Shown here piece by piece: positions 43,837-53,502 of a stretch of 64,000 bases of DNA. The first letter of the stretch is position 1. Each line of letters begins with the position of its first letter. Source of the DNA: a virus (taxonomy: Duplodnaviria; Caudoviricetes); the IMG/VR virus record IMGVR_UViG_3300034374_009547; one strand, 5' to 3'. Under the pieces are notes generated by a model. That model was not told where the DNA came from and did not search any database. It was given only the letters and a program-made list of their open reading frames with translations. The position numbers and the translations under genes were made by a program.

Positions 43837-45013
43837 AGTACTTGTATACCTTTTGCTTTGTAAAATCTTGGTCTCTATAAGGATCTCTTATTTTTGTGTA
43901 AAGTAAAAATTTGTTTTTTTGTTGTAACTCGTCTTCAGGTTTTTGTTTAATTTTATTTTTTATATCGTTTATGAATGTTTTTTCGTTATTATTTAAAACT
44001 TTAATTTTTTGTATTTCATTTAATGCATCATTTTTTAAACTTATTGGCGCATTTTTCACATCTAAGTATAACGGATTATCCAAAGGTATACAATTAATTT
44101 TACTTTTTAAATTACGTGTTAAATGTAACATATTTTTTATTTCTAACATGTTGTAAATTTGTAAAGTAAAAGTTAAATTACATACTATGTTTTGATAACC
44201 TGAATTATGAGAAATTTTCAATCTATTATAAGTATCTTTCCAATCTGTAGGATATCTAATGTACTCATAAGTTTCTTTTGTACCATCAATACTAAAACTT
44301 AAAATACATAATTTAAACTTGCTTAATAAATCAATCCATTCTTGTGTAATCAAAGTACCATTTGTTATCAATTGTATTGTAATTTCTTTTGCTCTATCTG
44401 TTTTAATACAATAATCTATAACTTCCTTCACTCCTGGAACCATCATAGGTTCGCCGCCAGTAAACTTTAATTCTAATAATCCTTTGTCTATGTAATGTTT
44501 TACTCTTGCAACAAAAACAGGATCTAAATACCATTTATCTTGTTTATAATTAAGTTCATTATCTTGCTTACTTGCTAAATTAATACCTGTTTCGTTATAT
44601 ATTTTAACATTTTCTGCATGTACTTTGCTGCTGCTGTAACTATTACACATCCTACAACTTAAATTGCAGTAATTACCTAGTTTTAAATCTAATTCTAAAG
44701 GTGTTTCAACGGTAGTATGCAAATTATCAATATAATCTTGCCAACGTCCACTTTTTTTGTATTTGTGTATTAACCCTTGCCGTAAACTTTGTATACCTAA
44801 ATCTTCTTTATTCCAACAAGATTGACATATTTCTGGTCTTTCATCGTTGAGCATTTGCTGCTTGACTTCTGATCGCAAGCCATGCCAGTGATTTTTAAAA
44901 TTAGTTAGATACCAATCCTCATTCTGAGTTACTGCATTACAACATAATCTATTTGATCCTCGTGTGTTAATACACAAATGATGCCATACAGCAGGACAAA
45001 TAGTTTTAGACAT
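43829..45013 (-). CDS. Radical SAM protein, N-terminal twitch-like module
   Basis: CNLSCRMC, TGGEP, N-terminal CPAVW..RLCC..CQSC. Confidence 0.92.
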   Translation of the reverse strand: MSKTICPAVWHHLCINTRGSNRLCCNAVTQNEDWYLTNFKNHWHGLRSEVKQQMLNDERPEICQSCWNKEDLGIQSLRQGLIHKYKKSGRWQDYIDNLHTTVETPLELDLKLGNYCNLSCRMCNSYSSSKVHAENVKIYNETGINLASKQDNELNYKQDKWYLDPVFVARVKHYIDKGLLELKFTGGEPMMVPGVKEVIDYCIKTDRAKEITIQLITNGTLITQEWIDLLSKFKLCILSFSIDGTKETYEYIRYPTDWKDTYNRLKISHNSGYQNIVCNLTFTLQIYNMLEIKNMLHLTRNLKSKINCIPLDNPLYLDVKNAPISLKNDALNEIQKIKVLNNNEKTFINDIKNKIKQKPEDELQQKNKFLLYTKIRDPYRDQDFTKQKVYKYYE

Positions 45014-45887
45014 TTACCTCTCTTAGAAACGTTAGCAATAAGCCCATTTTGTTACTCCAATGGTTGTCTGTAAATCCTTTATTAGTAGCGTGTAATTGTA
45101 CTGCATCAAAAACAATAGGACAACCAGGCTTCCATTCACAAGTAGTTTCAGGTGCAAGTCCTGTTAAACGTCTATAAGGCGTATAATATAAGTATTTTTC
45201 GTGATGTTCTTTATCATACGGAGTTAGGTTATCATCTCTGTTTTGCTTGGTTCCGTCTAGTAAATGGAAATCAATATCTCCATGATTTTCAACAATAGGA
45301 TAGGTAGTAGCTATTTTTTGTTCCGGTTTTTTACCATGATGATAAACGTGTGCAAAATCAACATGTCTTTGTTTAAAGAATACACCATGACTTTCTACAC
45401 CTACAGGATTTGTCCAAAGTGGTATAATTATATTTCTCCAAGGAACCCATTTACGTCCTTCTGCTAATAAAGGAGTACGTTCTAAACTATTTTGCCAATC
45501 ACTTTCACGTGTGCTGTCGTTATGCAAACCATATTGATCAGGAGTAATAAAAAAGTTACCGCCAACAACAGGTGAATTTTCTGCTCCTGGAATCATTTCA
45601 TCAATTTTATCTTTGAACTTACGATATACACCTTCTAAATTACCACTTATAAAAATAGTACCGTTAGGATTATGACGAACACATCCGCAATTTGCAAATG
45701 CATAACCATACATCCATTTTAATTCTTCTTCAGTAAATTGATTATCAAAAACACCAACAGGTTGAAAATTTTGAGCCATATCTGCAATAACTTTTTCATT
45801 GCTTAAATCCATCAGATGGTGTTCGTATTCTAACCTGTACTTTTTATATTCTTGTAATTCTTCAATTTGATCCATGTTTACTAACAT
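45006..45887 (-). CDS. 2OG-Fe(II) oxygenase-like protein
   Basis: YGLHNDS (HxD), IIIPL, VFDAVQLHAT (distal His). Confidence 0.6.
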   Translation of the reverse strand: MLVNMDQIEELQEYKKYRLEYEHHLMDLSNEKVIADMAQNFQPVGVFDNQFTEEELKWMYGYAFANCGCVRHNPNGTIFISGNLEGVYRKFKDKIDEMIPGAENSPVVGGNFFITPDQYGLHNDSTRESDWQNSLERTPLLAEGRKWVPWRNIIIPLWTNPVGVESHGVFFKQRHVDFAHVYHHGKKPEQKIATTYPIVENHGDIDFHLLDGTKQNRDDNLTPYDKEHHEKYLYYTPYRRLTGLAPETTCEWKPGCPIVFDAVQLHATNKGFTDNHWSNKMGLLLTFLREVNV

Positions 45888-46645
45888 AGTGTCTCCTTTA
45901 AATATTCTGCAAATGCATCGTGAGCATATTCTTTAAAATGATATTGCGGATATAGATCGTAATATTTTGTTTCTTTTATTATACTATACTTTGCAAAATC
46001 TTGCAATCTTTTTTTGTTAGAAGCAATTTTTGTTAGCTCTTGCCCTGTTACTTTACTATTCATTTTATCTGCAATATTAATTAAATGTACTTTAGGAAAT
46101 ACACTTTTTATATAAAAATATATTCCTGCATTAAAAGCACACCAACTAAAGTCTGTTGGGCCATGCATGTGTGCAAGTTTTATAAATTGCTTTACATCTG
46201 CACTTTTTCCTGCAACATAGTTGAGATTTCTATTACCATCAAATCGTGTTTCATCAAACATAAATCTATGTGCAAATGTATACGATACTAATACAATGTC
46301 AGTATCCCAATTTATTTTATCTGCATATTGATATAACATGTAAAGTGTTCTATCAGCACCGCTTCCTCTAATGCCATGATTTTCTAAATCAAAGTCTAAT
46401 TTATTTGCCAACCTACCCACAAAACTTAATTCACGTTCCTTTTGGGCAATGTCAGTATTTGCTCTTAAGTTTTCTAATATATTATGCCATTCGTCTTGTA
46501 ATTTTTCTCTTGAATTAGTATCCAAATGCATGATATCTGTATGCCCAACACGTTCCTTCATCCATGCATCTGTATCCATATGCTCACTTACACCTAATTC
46601 GGCTCCTTGAACATGACTACATCCAAATCCCCATACCTTAGGCAT
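45881..46645 (-). CDS. SGNH/GDSL-like protein
   Basis: WGFGCSH, NHGIRGSG, YHF..YAH. Likely start ATG 46645. Confidence 0.62.
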   Translation of the reverse strand: MPKVWGFGCSHVQGAELGVSEHMDTDAWMKERVGHTDIMHLDTNSREKLQDEWHNILENLRANTDIAQKERELSFVGRLANKLDFDLENHGIRGSGADRTLYMLYQYADKINWDTDIVLVSYTFAHRFMFDETRFDGNRNLNYVAGKSADVKQFIKLAHMHGPTDFSWCAFNAGIYFYIKSVFPKVHLINIADKMNSKVTGQELTKIASNKKRLQDFAKYSIIKETKYYDLYPQYHFKEYAHDAFAEYLKETLC

Positions 46646-47261
46646 AATGCTTCTCCCAAATTTTTTTTGGTACAAAGTAAAATTTAAAAAAATTAGATGG
46701 TGTTTCAACTTTTTGATATTCAAGTTCTGTAAATACTTCATCCATTGCTGTTTCGTAATGATGAACTTGAATTATAGGAGTATGTTTTTTAATAATTTCT
46801 TTAGCACCTTGTAATACAAAAATATCATTCCATTCTGTATCTATTTTTATATAATCAATTTTAAAATCATATTCAACAAATTCGTTGTCTAACGTGTTGC
46901 ATTCAACTTCATATGTCGTAAAACTATGATTGTCTGGAATGTTATCTAATAAACTTGAACAACCTGCATTTTCCAAGTCCTCATTAAATTTTGCAGTACC
47001 TACAAAATTGCTAATTGCTTTGTTTTCTAAGAAAATATTATTTAAATAATACGTCTGTGTTTCAGTTTGTTTTTGTTTTTCTAAAATTTTATTGAATAGC
47101 GTTTTATTGGGCTCATATGCATACACCATTTCGCACACATCGTTATAACGTTGAGCATAACTATAATCATATAACCCTACATCAATAATAGTATGAGGAT
47201 CTATACCAAATTTATAAAATAAGTAAGTTGAATAATGGTGATGCATCCAATGTCTACGCAT
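46638..47261 (-). CDS. FkbM-family SAM-dependent methyltransferase
   Basis: IIDVG, VYAYEPN, NKAIS, TLDN, IDYIKIDTE. Confidence 0.8.
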   Translation of the reverse strand: MRRHWMHHHYSTYLFYKFGIDPHTIIDVGLYDYSYAQRYNDVCEMVYAYEPNKTLFNKILEKQKQTETQTYYLNNIFLENKAISNFVGTAKFNEDLENAGCSSLLDNIPDNHSFTTYEVECNTLDNEFVEYDFKIDYIKIDTEWNDIFVLQGAKEIIKKHTPIIQVHHYETAMDEVFTELEYQKVETPSNFFKFYFVPKKIWEKHYA

Positions 47262-48450
47262 AATATTTTTCCTTTAAATAATCAAAGTCTTCATAGTAAT
47301 CAAACAAGCAAGTTTTGTTAATTTTGTCTTGAATGCGCATCCATGCAACAAATTGATCACTATAATCAATATCAGCAGGTTGTTGCAGCCAATCTATTAC
47401 CTTTTGTAAGTTAGCGCCGTTTTGATTTTCAACCCATTCTTGGTAATAGATGTTATCAAACTTATAGTGATCATAGTGCAAATCAATTTTTGATAATTTA
47501 TTTACAAGCTGCTGTTTTTGCCATTCGGGTAAATTTTTAATATTCATCATTTTAGGATATTGTACAAAACTTACATGAAATCTACTGCCTAAATCAGTAA
47601 ACTCTTGCATAATTTTTGGAATGTTAAAAACGTTTAGTACATTTACGGTGCAAGTAGCATGTAAATCAAGTGTTCTATTTTCTATTCTGTCTTGCATAGC
47701 CGATTCTATAGCAAACCAATTATTTTTTAATTTATTGTAATCACCATTTGTTCTTACATAACTAAAAGTTTTTTCGTCTGCATCTACACTAACTCTACAT
47801 GTAACTTTTTTAAATTTTTTCCAGTAATCGATCACATCATCAATAATATGTAAATTAGTATTATATTCAAGCCATATATTATGTTCATGTCCACGTAAAC
47901 TTTGTAACAAATCTTTATGCTTAGGGTGCATCAGAGGTTCGCCGCCAGTTATCTTTATACGTTTTAGTGTAGGAGCAATTGTTTTAAATTCTTCTATAAT
48001 ATTATCTGGCAATTCTGTAATACTCAATTTTGTACTACTATCATCAAATTTTTTCATTTCTTCAAGCAAATTTTTATTTTGTTTAATTTGCTTCATCCAT
48101 TGACTGCTATATTTAGGAGAACAATGTCTGCATTGTAAATTACACAAATTTCCAAAACGTATTTCTACTTCTTGTATATTTGGATTATCATAATCAACTG
48201 AATATTCTTTTAAGGCTGTTTGTCTAGTGCTTAATACACCATTTTTTTCCGTTTCCCAACAACTACGACATCCTGCTGGTTGTTTATTGTTTCGATGTTG
48301 TTCTCTAAATTTTTGCCAAGCAGAATTATGCCATATTTCAAGCAAACCTTTTTGTGTGTAATCTCCATGGACTTCTAAACAACGCCAACAACTTGTAACA
48401 CTTGTATCTGGCTTGATGTTCATATGCACAAACGGTAATGGACATGTCAT
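47254..48450 (-). CDS. Radical SAM protein, N-terminal twitch-like module
   Basis: CNLQCRHC, TGGEP, N-terminal CPLPF..SCWRC..CRSC. Confidence 0.92.
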   Translation of the reverse strand: MTCPLPFVHMNIKPDTSVTSCWRCLEVHGDYTQKGLLEIWHNSAWQKFREQHRNNKQPAGCRSCWETEKNGVLSTRQTALKEYSVDYDNPNIQEVEIRFGNLCNLQCRHCSPKYSSQWMKQIKQNKNLLEEMKKFDDSSTKLSITELPDNIIEEFKTIAPTLKRIKITGGEPLMHPKHKDLLQSLRGHEHNIWLEYNTNLHIIDDVIDYWKKFKKVTCRVSVDADEKTFSYVRTNGDYNKLKNNWFAIESAMQDRIENRTLDLHATCTVNVLNVFNIPKIMQEFTDLGSRFHVSFVQYPKMMNIKNLPEWQKQQLVNKLSKIDLHYDHYKFDNIYYQEWVENQNGANLQKVIDWLQQPADIDYSDQFVAWMRIQDKINKTCLFDYYEDFDYLKEKYYA

Positions 48451-48482
48451 ATAAATACTTATAATATGCGTAGTTTATTGTT
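48450..48482. promoter_or_regulatory. Divergent control region with exact T4 late-promoter consensus and a shared 15-mer
   Basis: TATAAATA at 48450-48457. ATATGCGTAGTTTAT at 48464-48478 is identical to 25207-25221. Confidence 0.55.
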
Positions 48483-49181
48483 ATGAAAATTGGTATCATC
48501 GGAACTAGTCACAGCGAAGGCAATATTCAATATACAGGTAGCGTAAAAAGAACATTACCTTTTGAACAGCATTTAAAAAATGCAATGCCTCAACACGAGT
48601 TTATAAATTTGGCAAAAGCAGGTAGAGGTAGTGAAAGATATTTAGATTGTATTGTAACTGCAAAAGAAAAATATAATGTAGATGCTATACTAATAGAGTA
48701 CGCAGCAGATAGATCAAGTAATCATTATTGGTATAACGAATCTGCAATTGATAAACTAAAAGATGCAAAAACAATTGCTAGTGAACTGATTGAAGATACT
48801 CATTGTTATATACGTAGCCTACAAGGTATTAAAGAAGATAACGAAGGAATATTAAAAGATATTCCTCAAAAGAAATTTGAAATATTTAAAGAAGTAAATT
48901 CAATAATTTTTAGAGAAAGCAAATATGTTATTACTATGGGGATAAAAAATGTTTATCAATCACTACAACTTTGTAAACTATTAGATATAAAATTTATACC
49001 ATGGGAGTACACCTACACAGAAATTCCAATAAAAAGAGAATATGTAAAAACAATGTTGCAGTATATAAAAGAAAATAATTTACAAGCCGAATTATGTGAT
49101 GGTTATCATAGTAATGACAAAGTATATAATCTAGCAGCACACAACTTTTTTAAGCCGTTGGTAGAACAATGTATAAAATAG
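48483..49181 (+). CDS. SGNH/GDSL-like protein
   Basis: IGIIGTSH, NLAKAGRGSERY, DGYH. Confidence 0.65.
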   Translation: MKIGIIGTSHSEGNIQYTGSVKRTLPFEQHLKNAMPQHEFINLAKAGRGSERYLDCIVTAKEKYNVDAILIEYAADRSSNHYWYNESAIDKLKDAKTIASELIEDTHCYIRSLQGIKEDNEGILKDIPQKKFEIFKEVNSIIFRESKYVITMGIKNVYQSLQLCKLLDIKFIPWEYTYTEIPIKREYVKTMLQYIKENNLQAELCDGYHSNDKVYNLAAHNFFKPLVEQCIK

Positions 49182-49843
49182 GAATAGTCGGTGGTAGTTT
49201 TGCTCAAGGCAAGCAAGAAATAAACAATACAGCAAAATTTACAAAACCATTTGAATGGCATTTGAAAAAAGCAATGCCAAATTATGAATTTATAAATCTT
49301 AGTAGTAGCGGTACTGGCAGTGAAAGATATCTTAGTTGTATTTTAGAACTACATAATAATCATAATATTGATTTGTTGTTGTTAGATATACAAACAGATA
49401 AAAGTAATACACAATATCCTCGAGGCGAGAAATATATGCATAACAAGGATTATAAAGATTACATATATAATCATACAAAATATTCTACATTTTTACGCAC
49501 AAAATGTGATAGTAGTGTACTAGTAGATGTTCCAGATAACAAAATAAAAATTTGGAAAGATGTTGGGTATTTTATAGATTATGAAAGCAAATTTCATGAA
49601 TACAAAGGTAATCTAAATATTATACAAAGTGTTGAATTGTGCAACGTATTAAATTTGCCCTATGCAATTTGGGGAACAAGTGTTTGGGATAATACTTACA
49701 AATATTATCCTATGCATGATTATATTGAAGATAATAATTTACAAACATGCGATGGGCATCATCCAGACGATGCTGCTATGGAACATATGGCACAAAACTA
49801 TTTTAAGGATTTAATAAATGAAAATATTAATAGTAGGAGATAG
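49169..49843 (+). CDS. SGNH/GDSL-like protein, tandem paralog of 48483..49181
   Basis: IGIVGGSF, NLSSSGTGSERY, DGHHP. Confidence 0.65.
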   Translation: MYKIGIVGGSFAQGKQEINNTAKFTKPFEWHLKKAMPNYEFINLSSSGTGSERYLSCILELHNNHNIDLLLLDIQTDKSNTQYPRGEKYMHNKDYKDYIYNHTKYSTFLRTKCDSSVLVDVPDNKIKIWKDVGYFIDYESKFHEYKGNLNIIQSVELCNVLNLPYAIWGTSVWDNTYKYYPMHDYIEDNNLQTCDGHHPDDAAMEHMAQNYFKDLINENINSRR

Positions 49844-50372
49844 TTTTAGTGCAGACTGGACTATAAAACACAAAGGCAGAGGATGGCCTAATTTATTAGC
49901 AAGCAAATATAATGTTACAAACTTATCACAAGCAGGTGTAAGTGAATACAAAATTTACAAACAAATAAAAAGTGTAGATACAGATTCCTATGATAAAATT
50001 ATAATATCACACACTAATCCTTTTAGGATATACACAAAAGTAAATCCATTTACTAGAAAAGATCCTCTTAGATATAATAGTGACATTGTGTTAAATGATT
50101 TATATTCAAAACATAATTTTAGTGCGTTTATAATTAAGAAATTTTTAAAATATCATTTTGACGAAACTTATTATTTAGATATGTATCAATGTTGGTTTGA
50201 AAAACTTAAATCTTTTAATAATTGTGTACACATAAAACATTTAAATATACCTATTGATGTAGATATAGACTTTCATAAGTATTGGCTAAGTAATCGAGGA
50301 TTTATAAATCATTACAATAGTCTTGGTAATCAACATATTTTTGAAATACTGGATGAACATTTAAAAGGTTAG
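49818..50372 (+). CDS. SGNH/GDSL-like protein
   Basis: ILIVGDSF, NLSQAGVSE, NHYNSLGN. Confidence 0.68.
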   Translation: MKILIVGDSFSADWTIKHKGRGWPNLLASKYNVTNLSQAGVSEYKIYKQIKSVDTDSYDKIIISHTNPFRIYTKVNPFTRKDPLRYNSDIVLNDLYSKHNFSAFIIKKFLKYHFDETYYLDMYQCWFEKLKSFNNCVHIKHLNIPIDVDIDFHKYWLSNRGFINHYNSLGNQHIFEILDEHLKG

Positions 50373-51375
50373 TTTTTCTACTTTTATCTAAAATTTTATT
50401 TACTTTAAAAAATTCTTCTAAATTTGTGTATTCATTTGTACATTCAATTTTAATTAATTTTGAAAGCCTATCGTTTGAAATTTGTTTTAAAATTTGCTCT
50501 GCCTCGTATTTACTCCATTGACCTGTGCGTAAATATTTAGGTAAATTAACCGTGTCAAAATGCACATTCCAATTTGGAAAATTATTTTTTATAAAATTTA
50601 ATATTTCTGGCATTCTGTGTAAATTTAATGCATTTAATACAACATGAAATGTCAATATAAAATTATATTCATTTAATTTATTACAGGTGTTTATAACTTG
50701 TTCAAAGTTTCCACCTGTTCTAAAATATTCAAATCCTTCAAATACATCATCTAAACTTACACTTACTATAACATTTTTTGCACGTTTCCAAATATCTAAT
50801 ATTTCTTTTTTTGGCAGCACACTTCCATTTGTTGTATATTCAAATGTAACTTGTTCAACATTTTTTATTCTTAACAATAATTCATCGTGAGATTTATTAA
50901 GTAATGGTTCACCACCTAAAAATTTGTAGTATTTTATATCATCTATGTTATTAATCTTTTCAATATCAAATACAACTAATTTTTTATTAGGCAAAGGTCT
51001 ACCTAACAATTTATCGTCTTCATACCATTTACTACTACTAAAACTATTACAATGTCTACAAGAATAATTACAATGGTTACTAAATGCAAGTTCTATACTT
51101 TGTAATTTTGATTTCCATTTGCCTTTAGACGAAAATTGTTGCCGCATACTTTCTACATTGGCATCTTCATCATGCCAACACTTCCTGCAACCGTCAATCT
51201 TTATACCATCCTGTAACTGAGATCGTATTTCTCCTATCCAAGGTCCATTAAAAATATTATGTAAATTATCATCTGCAATATTAGGACCTTCAGTTTTTTT
51301 GTAACGAGTACAAGGTAATACTCTGCCAGAAGTAGTAACAGCAACGTGATTTTCACTTAGCCAACAGCGTGTCAT
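50302..51375 (-). CDS. Radical SAM protein, N-terminal twitch-like module
   Basis: CNYSCRHC, LGGEPLL, N-terminal CWL..LPCT..CRKC. Confidence 0.92.
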   Translation of the reverse strand: MTRCWLSENHVAVTTSGRVLPCTRYKKTEGPNIADDNLHNIFNGPWIGEIRSQLQDGIKIDGCRKCWHDEDANVESMRQQFSSKGKWKSKLQSIELAFSNHCNYSCRHCNSFSSSKWYEDDKLLGRPLPNKKLVVFDIEKINNIDDIKYYKFLGGEPLLNKSHDELLLRIKNVEQVTFEYTTNGSVLPKKEILDIWKRAKNVIVSVSLDDVFEGFEYFRTGGNFEQVINTCNKLNEYNFILTFHVVLNALNLHRMPEILNFIKNNFPNWNVHFDTVNLPKYLRTGQWSKYEAEQILKQISNDRLSKLIKIECTNEYTNLEEFFKVNKILDKSRKTNLLNVHPVFQKYVDYQDYCNDL

Positions 51376-52517
51376 AGATATCTCTCAAAATAAGGATGAA
51401 CATCAAGTAAATGTGTATTTCTACTTTTGTCTAGTAATTGGTTTGTTTCAAGTAATCTTGTAAAGTTGCATTTATCACTAGTACAAGACGCTTTTAATAA
51501 TTTTACAATTTTACTTATGTTACGTTTTTTATGATCATTTAACAAACTATCTAACGGTATGCTTTTATCTATTTCTTGAAGTTTATATATTTGGTGTCCA
51601 GCATGTTGATGACTCCACTGCGAAATATCTAAGTATGCAGGATGTATAATTTTATCAAATGTAAAATGCCAATTAGGAAAATTGTCTAACATAAACTGCA
51701 CAATTTCATCTAGGTTATACAAATTTAATACATTAATACAACAATGTATATTACACCACATGTAATGGTGCTGTTGACGTAGTTCTTCAAACTTATGCAT
51801 AGTATCTTGTATTGTGTTAAAGTTGCTATCTGTTCTAAAATAATCGCTTCTATCAAATATGTCATCAAGGCTTACAATTATGTGTAAACTTTTTGCACGT
51901 TTCCATAATTCTACAATTTCGTCGTCTGGCCATATACTACCGTTTGTAACATATTCTAAATTTATATTTTCAATGTCTATACTTTGTAATAATTTTTTAT
52001 GTTGTTTACTAAGCAGAGGTTCGCCTCCAAGCATTTTTATGTGTTCTAAGTTTACAAGTTTATCTAATTCTAAACTTTCTACATCTGGTTCAAGCAGTAA
52101 TCGTTCTGGTACAGGATTACCCAGCATTATATCATCTTCTTTCCAACGACTACTATTAAAAGTATTGCAATGTCTACATTTGTAATTGCAATGATTACTA
52201 AATGCAATTTCTAAACTATGTATTTTTTCATATGTTGAATAATTTTCTAATAAAGAAAAGTCACGTTCTTTATTATACTGAACACGCATACTTAAAATGT
52301 TGTTTTCTTCCTGCATCCAACATTTACTACAACGTTTGTGTTTATTACCATTACGTAAACTATTTCTTAGTTCTTCAAGTTCTTCATTTTGGAATATATT
52401 TTTTATTTTATCATCAAAATTAACATTCCATTTGTTCTGCTTGAATCTACAGCAAGGTAAAACTTTGCCTACAGGAGTAATTGCTAAGTGTGTTTCGCTT
52501 AACCAACATCTACTCAA
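51372..52517 (-). CDS. Radical SAM protein, tandem paralog of 50302..51375
   Basis: CNYKCRHC, LGGEPLL, N-terminal CWL..LPCC..CSKC. Confidence 0.92.
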   Translation of the reverse strand: MSRCWLSETHLAITPVGKVLPCCRFKQNKWNVNFDDKIKNIFQNEELEELRNSLRNGNKHKRCSKCWMQEENNILSMRVQYNKERDFSLLENYSTYEKIHSLEIAFSNHCNYKCRHCNTFNSSRWKEDDIMLGNPVPERLLLEPDVESLELDKLVNLEHIKMLGGEPLLSKQHKKLLQSIDIENINLEYVTNGSIWPDDEIVELWKRAKSLHIIVSLDDIFDRSDYFRTDSNFNTIQDTMHKFEELRQQHHYMWCNIHCCINVLNLYNLDEIVQFMLDNFPNWHFTFDKIIHPAYLDISQWSHQHAGHQIYKLQEIDKSIPLDSLLNDHKKRNISKIVKLLKASCTSDKCNFTRLLETNQLLDKSRNTHLLDVHPYFERYL

Positions 52518-53502
52518 TTTTGTTATATCCTTGACAACTTACACATCGAACAATTTCTTTATCTTTCCATTTTTTTGGTAATATATCTGTATAATATGTA
52601 TTATTAAGAATTTCTTGTAATTTATTTTTGTTAATAGAATTAAATTTCCATAAATCTGTAAGTCTTTCTTTGCGTTCCATATTACCAAAGATATCTAATG
52701 TAAAGTAACAGCAAGGATATATTCTTCCATACATGTCTATTTGTACTCTATTATCTTGTGCCCACGGACAAACACTTTTGCTTTTTATAAAATCTACTTG
52801 TACGTCAGGTTGAAAGTTAAAACGATCTGACAAATCTTTAACAACATTTTTTTCTGGTGCAGTTATAGTTTGTGCAGGAAAATCTTTATATAGTTTCATT
52901 TCAATTGTTTTTGAAATACTACGATTTAATTTAAATTCTTTAAAACCATATTCTTTTGCTAGTTTTGCTGCCTGCTCTACTTGATCTATATTATGATCAA
53001 AAACAATGTAACGCCATACAGCATACCCGCCGGCATCAATAAAACTTTTTGCATTGCTAATTACATTATTAAAATTTACACCTCTGCGATATTGCGGTGC
53101 AGTATCCTCTAAACCATCTACTCCAAAAGTTATATTGTGCAAAGCAAACTTGTTTAAAACTTTGCTAAGTTGTTTATAAAATTCTGGAGTTCTCGCACCG
53201 CCATTAGTGTGTATACTTACAAACATTTTATCTTTAACTTGTGCTAAGTGTTCTAAAAATTCTAGCAATAATGGATGCATTGTTGCATCACCGTAATTTC
53301 CATTAAAAATAATTTGTTTAATATTTCTTAAATTATCTTCTGTAGCTAGTTTAAACCATGTAGCTGGTTGCATATGATGTAGTTCCAACCGTGGATGATT
53401 TTCGCCACCTTGAACATTTCTACTGCATTCGCCGCAAAAGCTGTTGCAATAGCTAGTAACATCAATAGCCAAAGATGTTGTTGTTTCAAAAGAAAAACTC
53501 AT
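52510..53502 (-). CDS. Radical SAM protein with C-terminal twitch module
   Basis: CNSFCGEC, GNYGD, C-terminal CPW..YPCC..CVSC. Confidence 0.88.
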   Translation of the reverse strand: MSFSFETTTSLAIDVTSYCNSFCGECSRNVQGGENHPRLELHHMQPATWFKLATEDNLRNIKQIIFNGNYGDATMHPLLLEFLEHLAQVKDKMFVSIHTNGGARTPEFYKQLSKVLNKFALHNITFGVDGLEDTAPQYRRGVNFNNVISNAKSFIDAGGYAVWRYIVFDHNIDQVEQAAKLAKEYGFKEFKLNRSISKTIEMKLYKDFPAQTITAPEKNVVKDLSDRFNFQPDVQVDFIKSKSVCPWAQDNRVQIDMYGRIYPCCYFTLDIFGNMERKERLTDLWKFNSINKNKLQEILNNTYYTDILPKKWKDKEIVRCVSCQGYNKIE

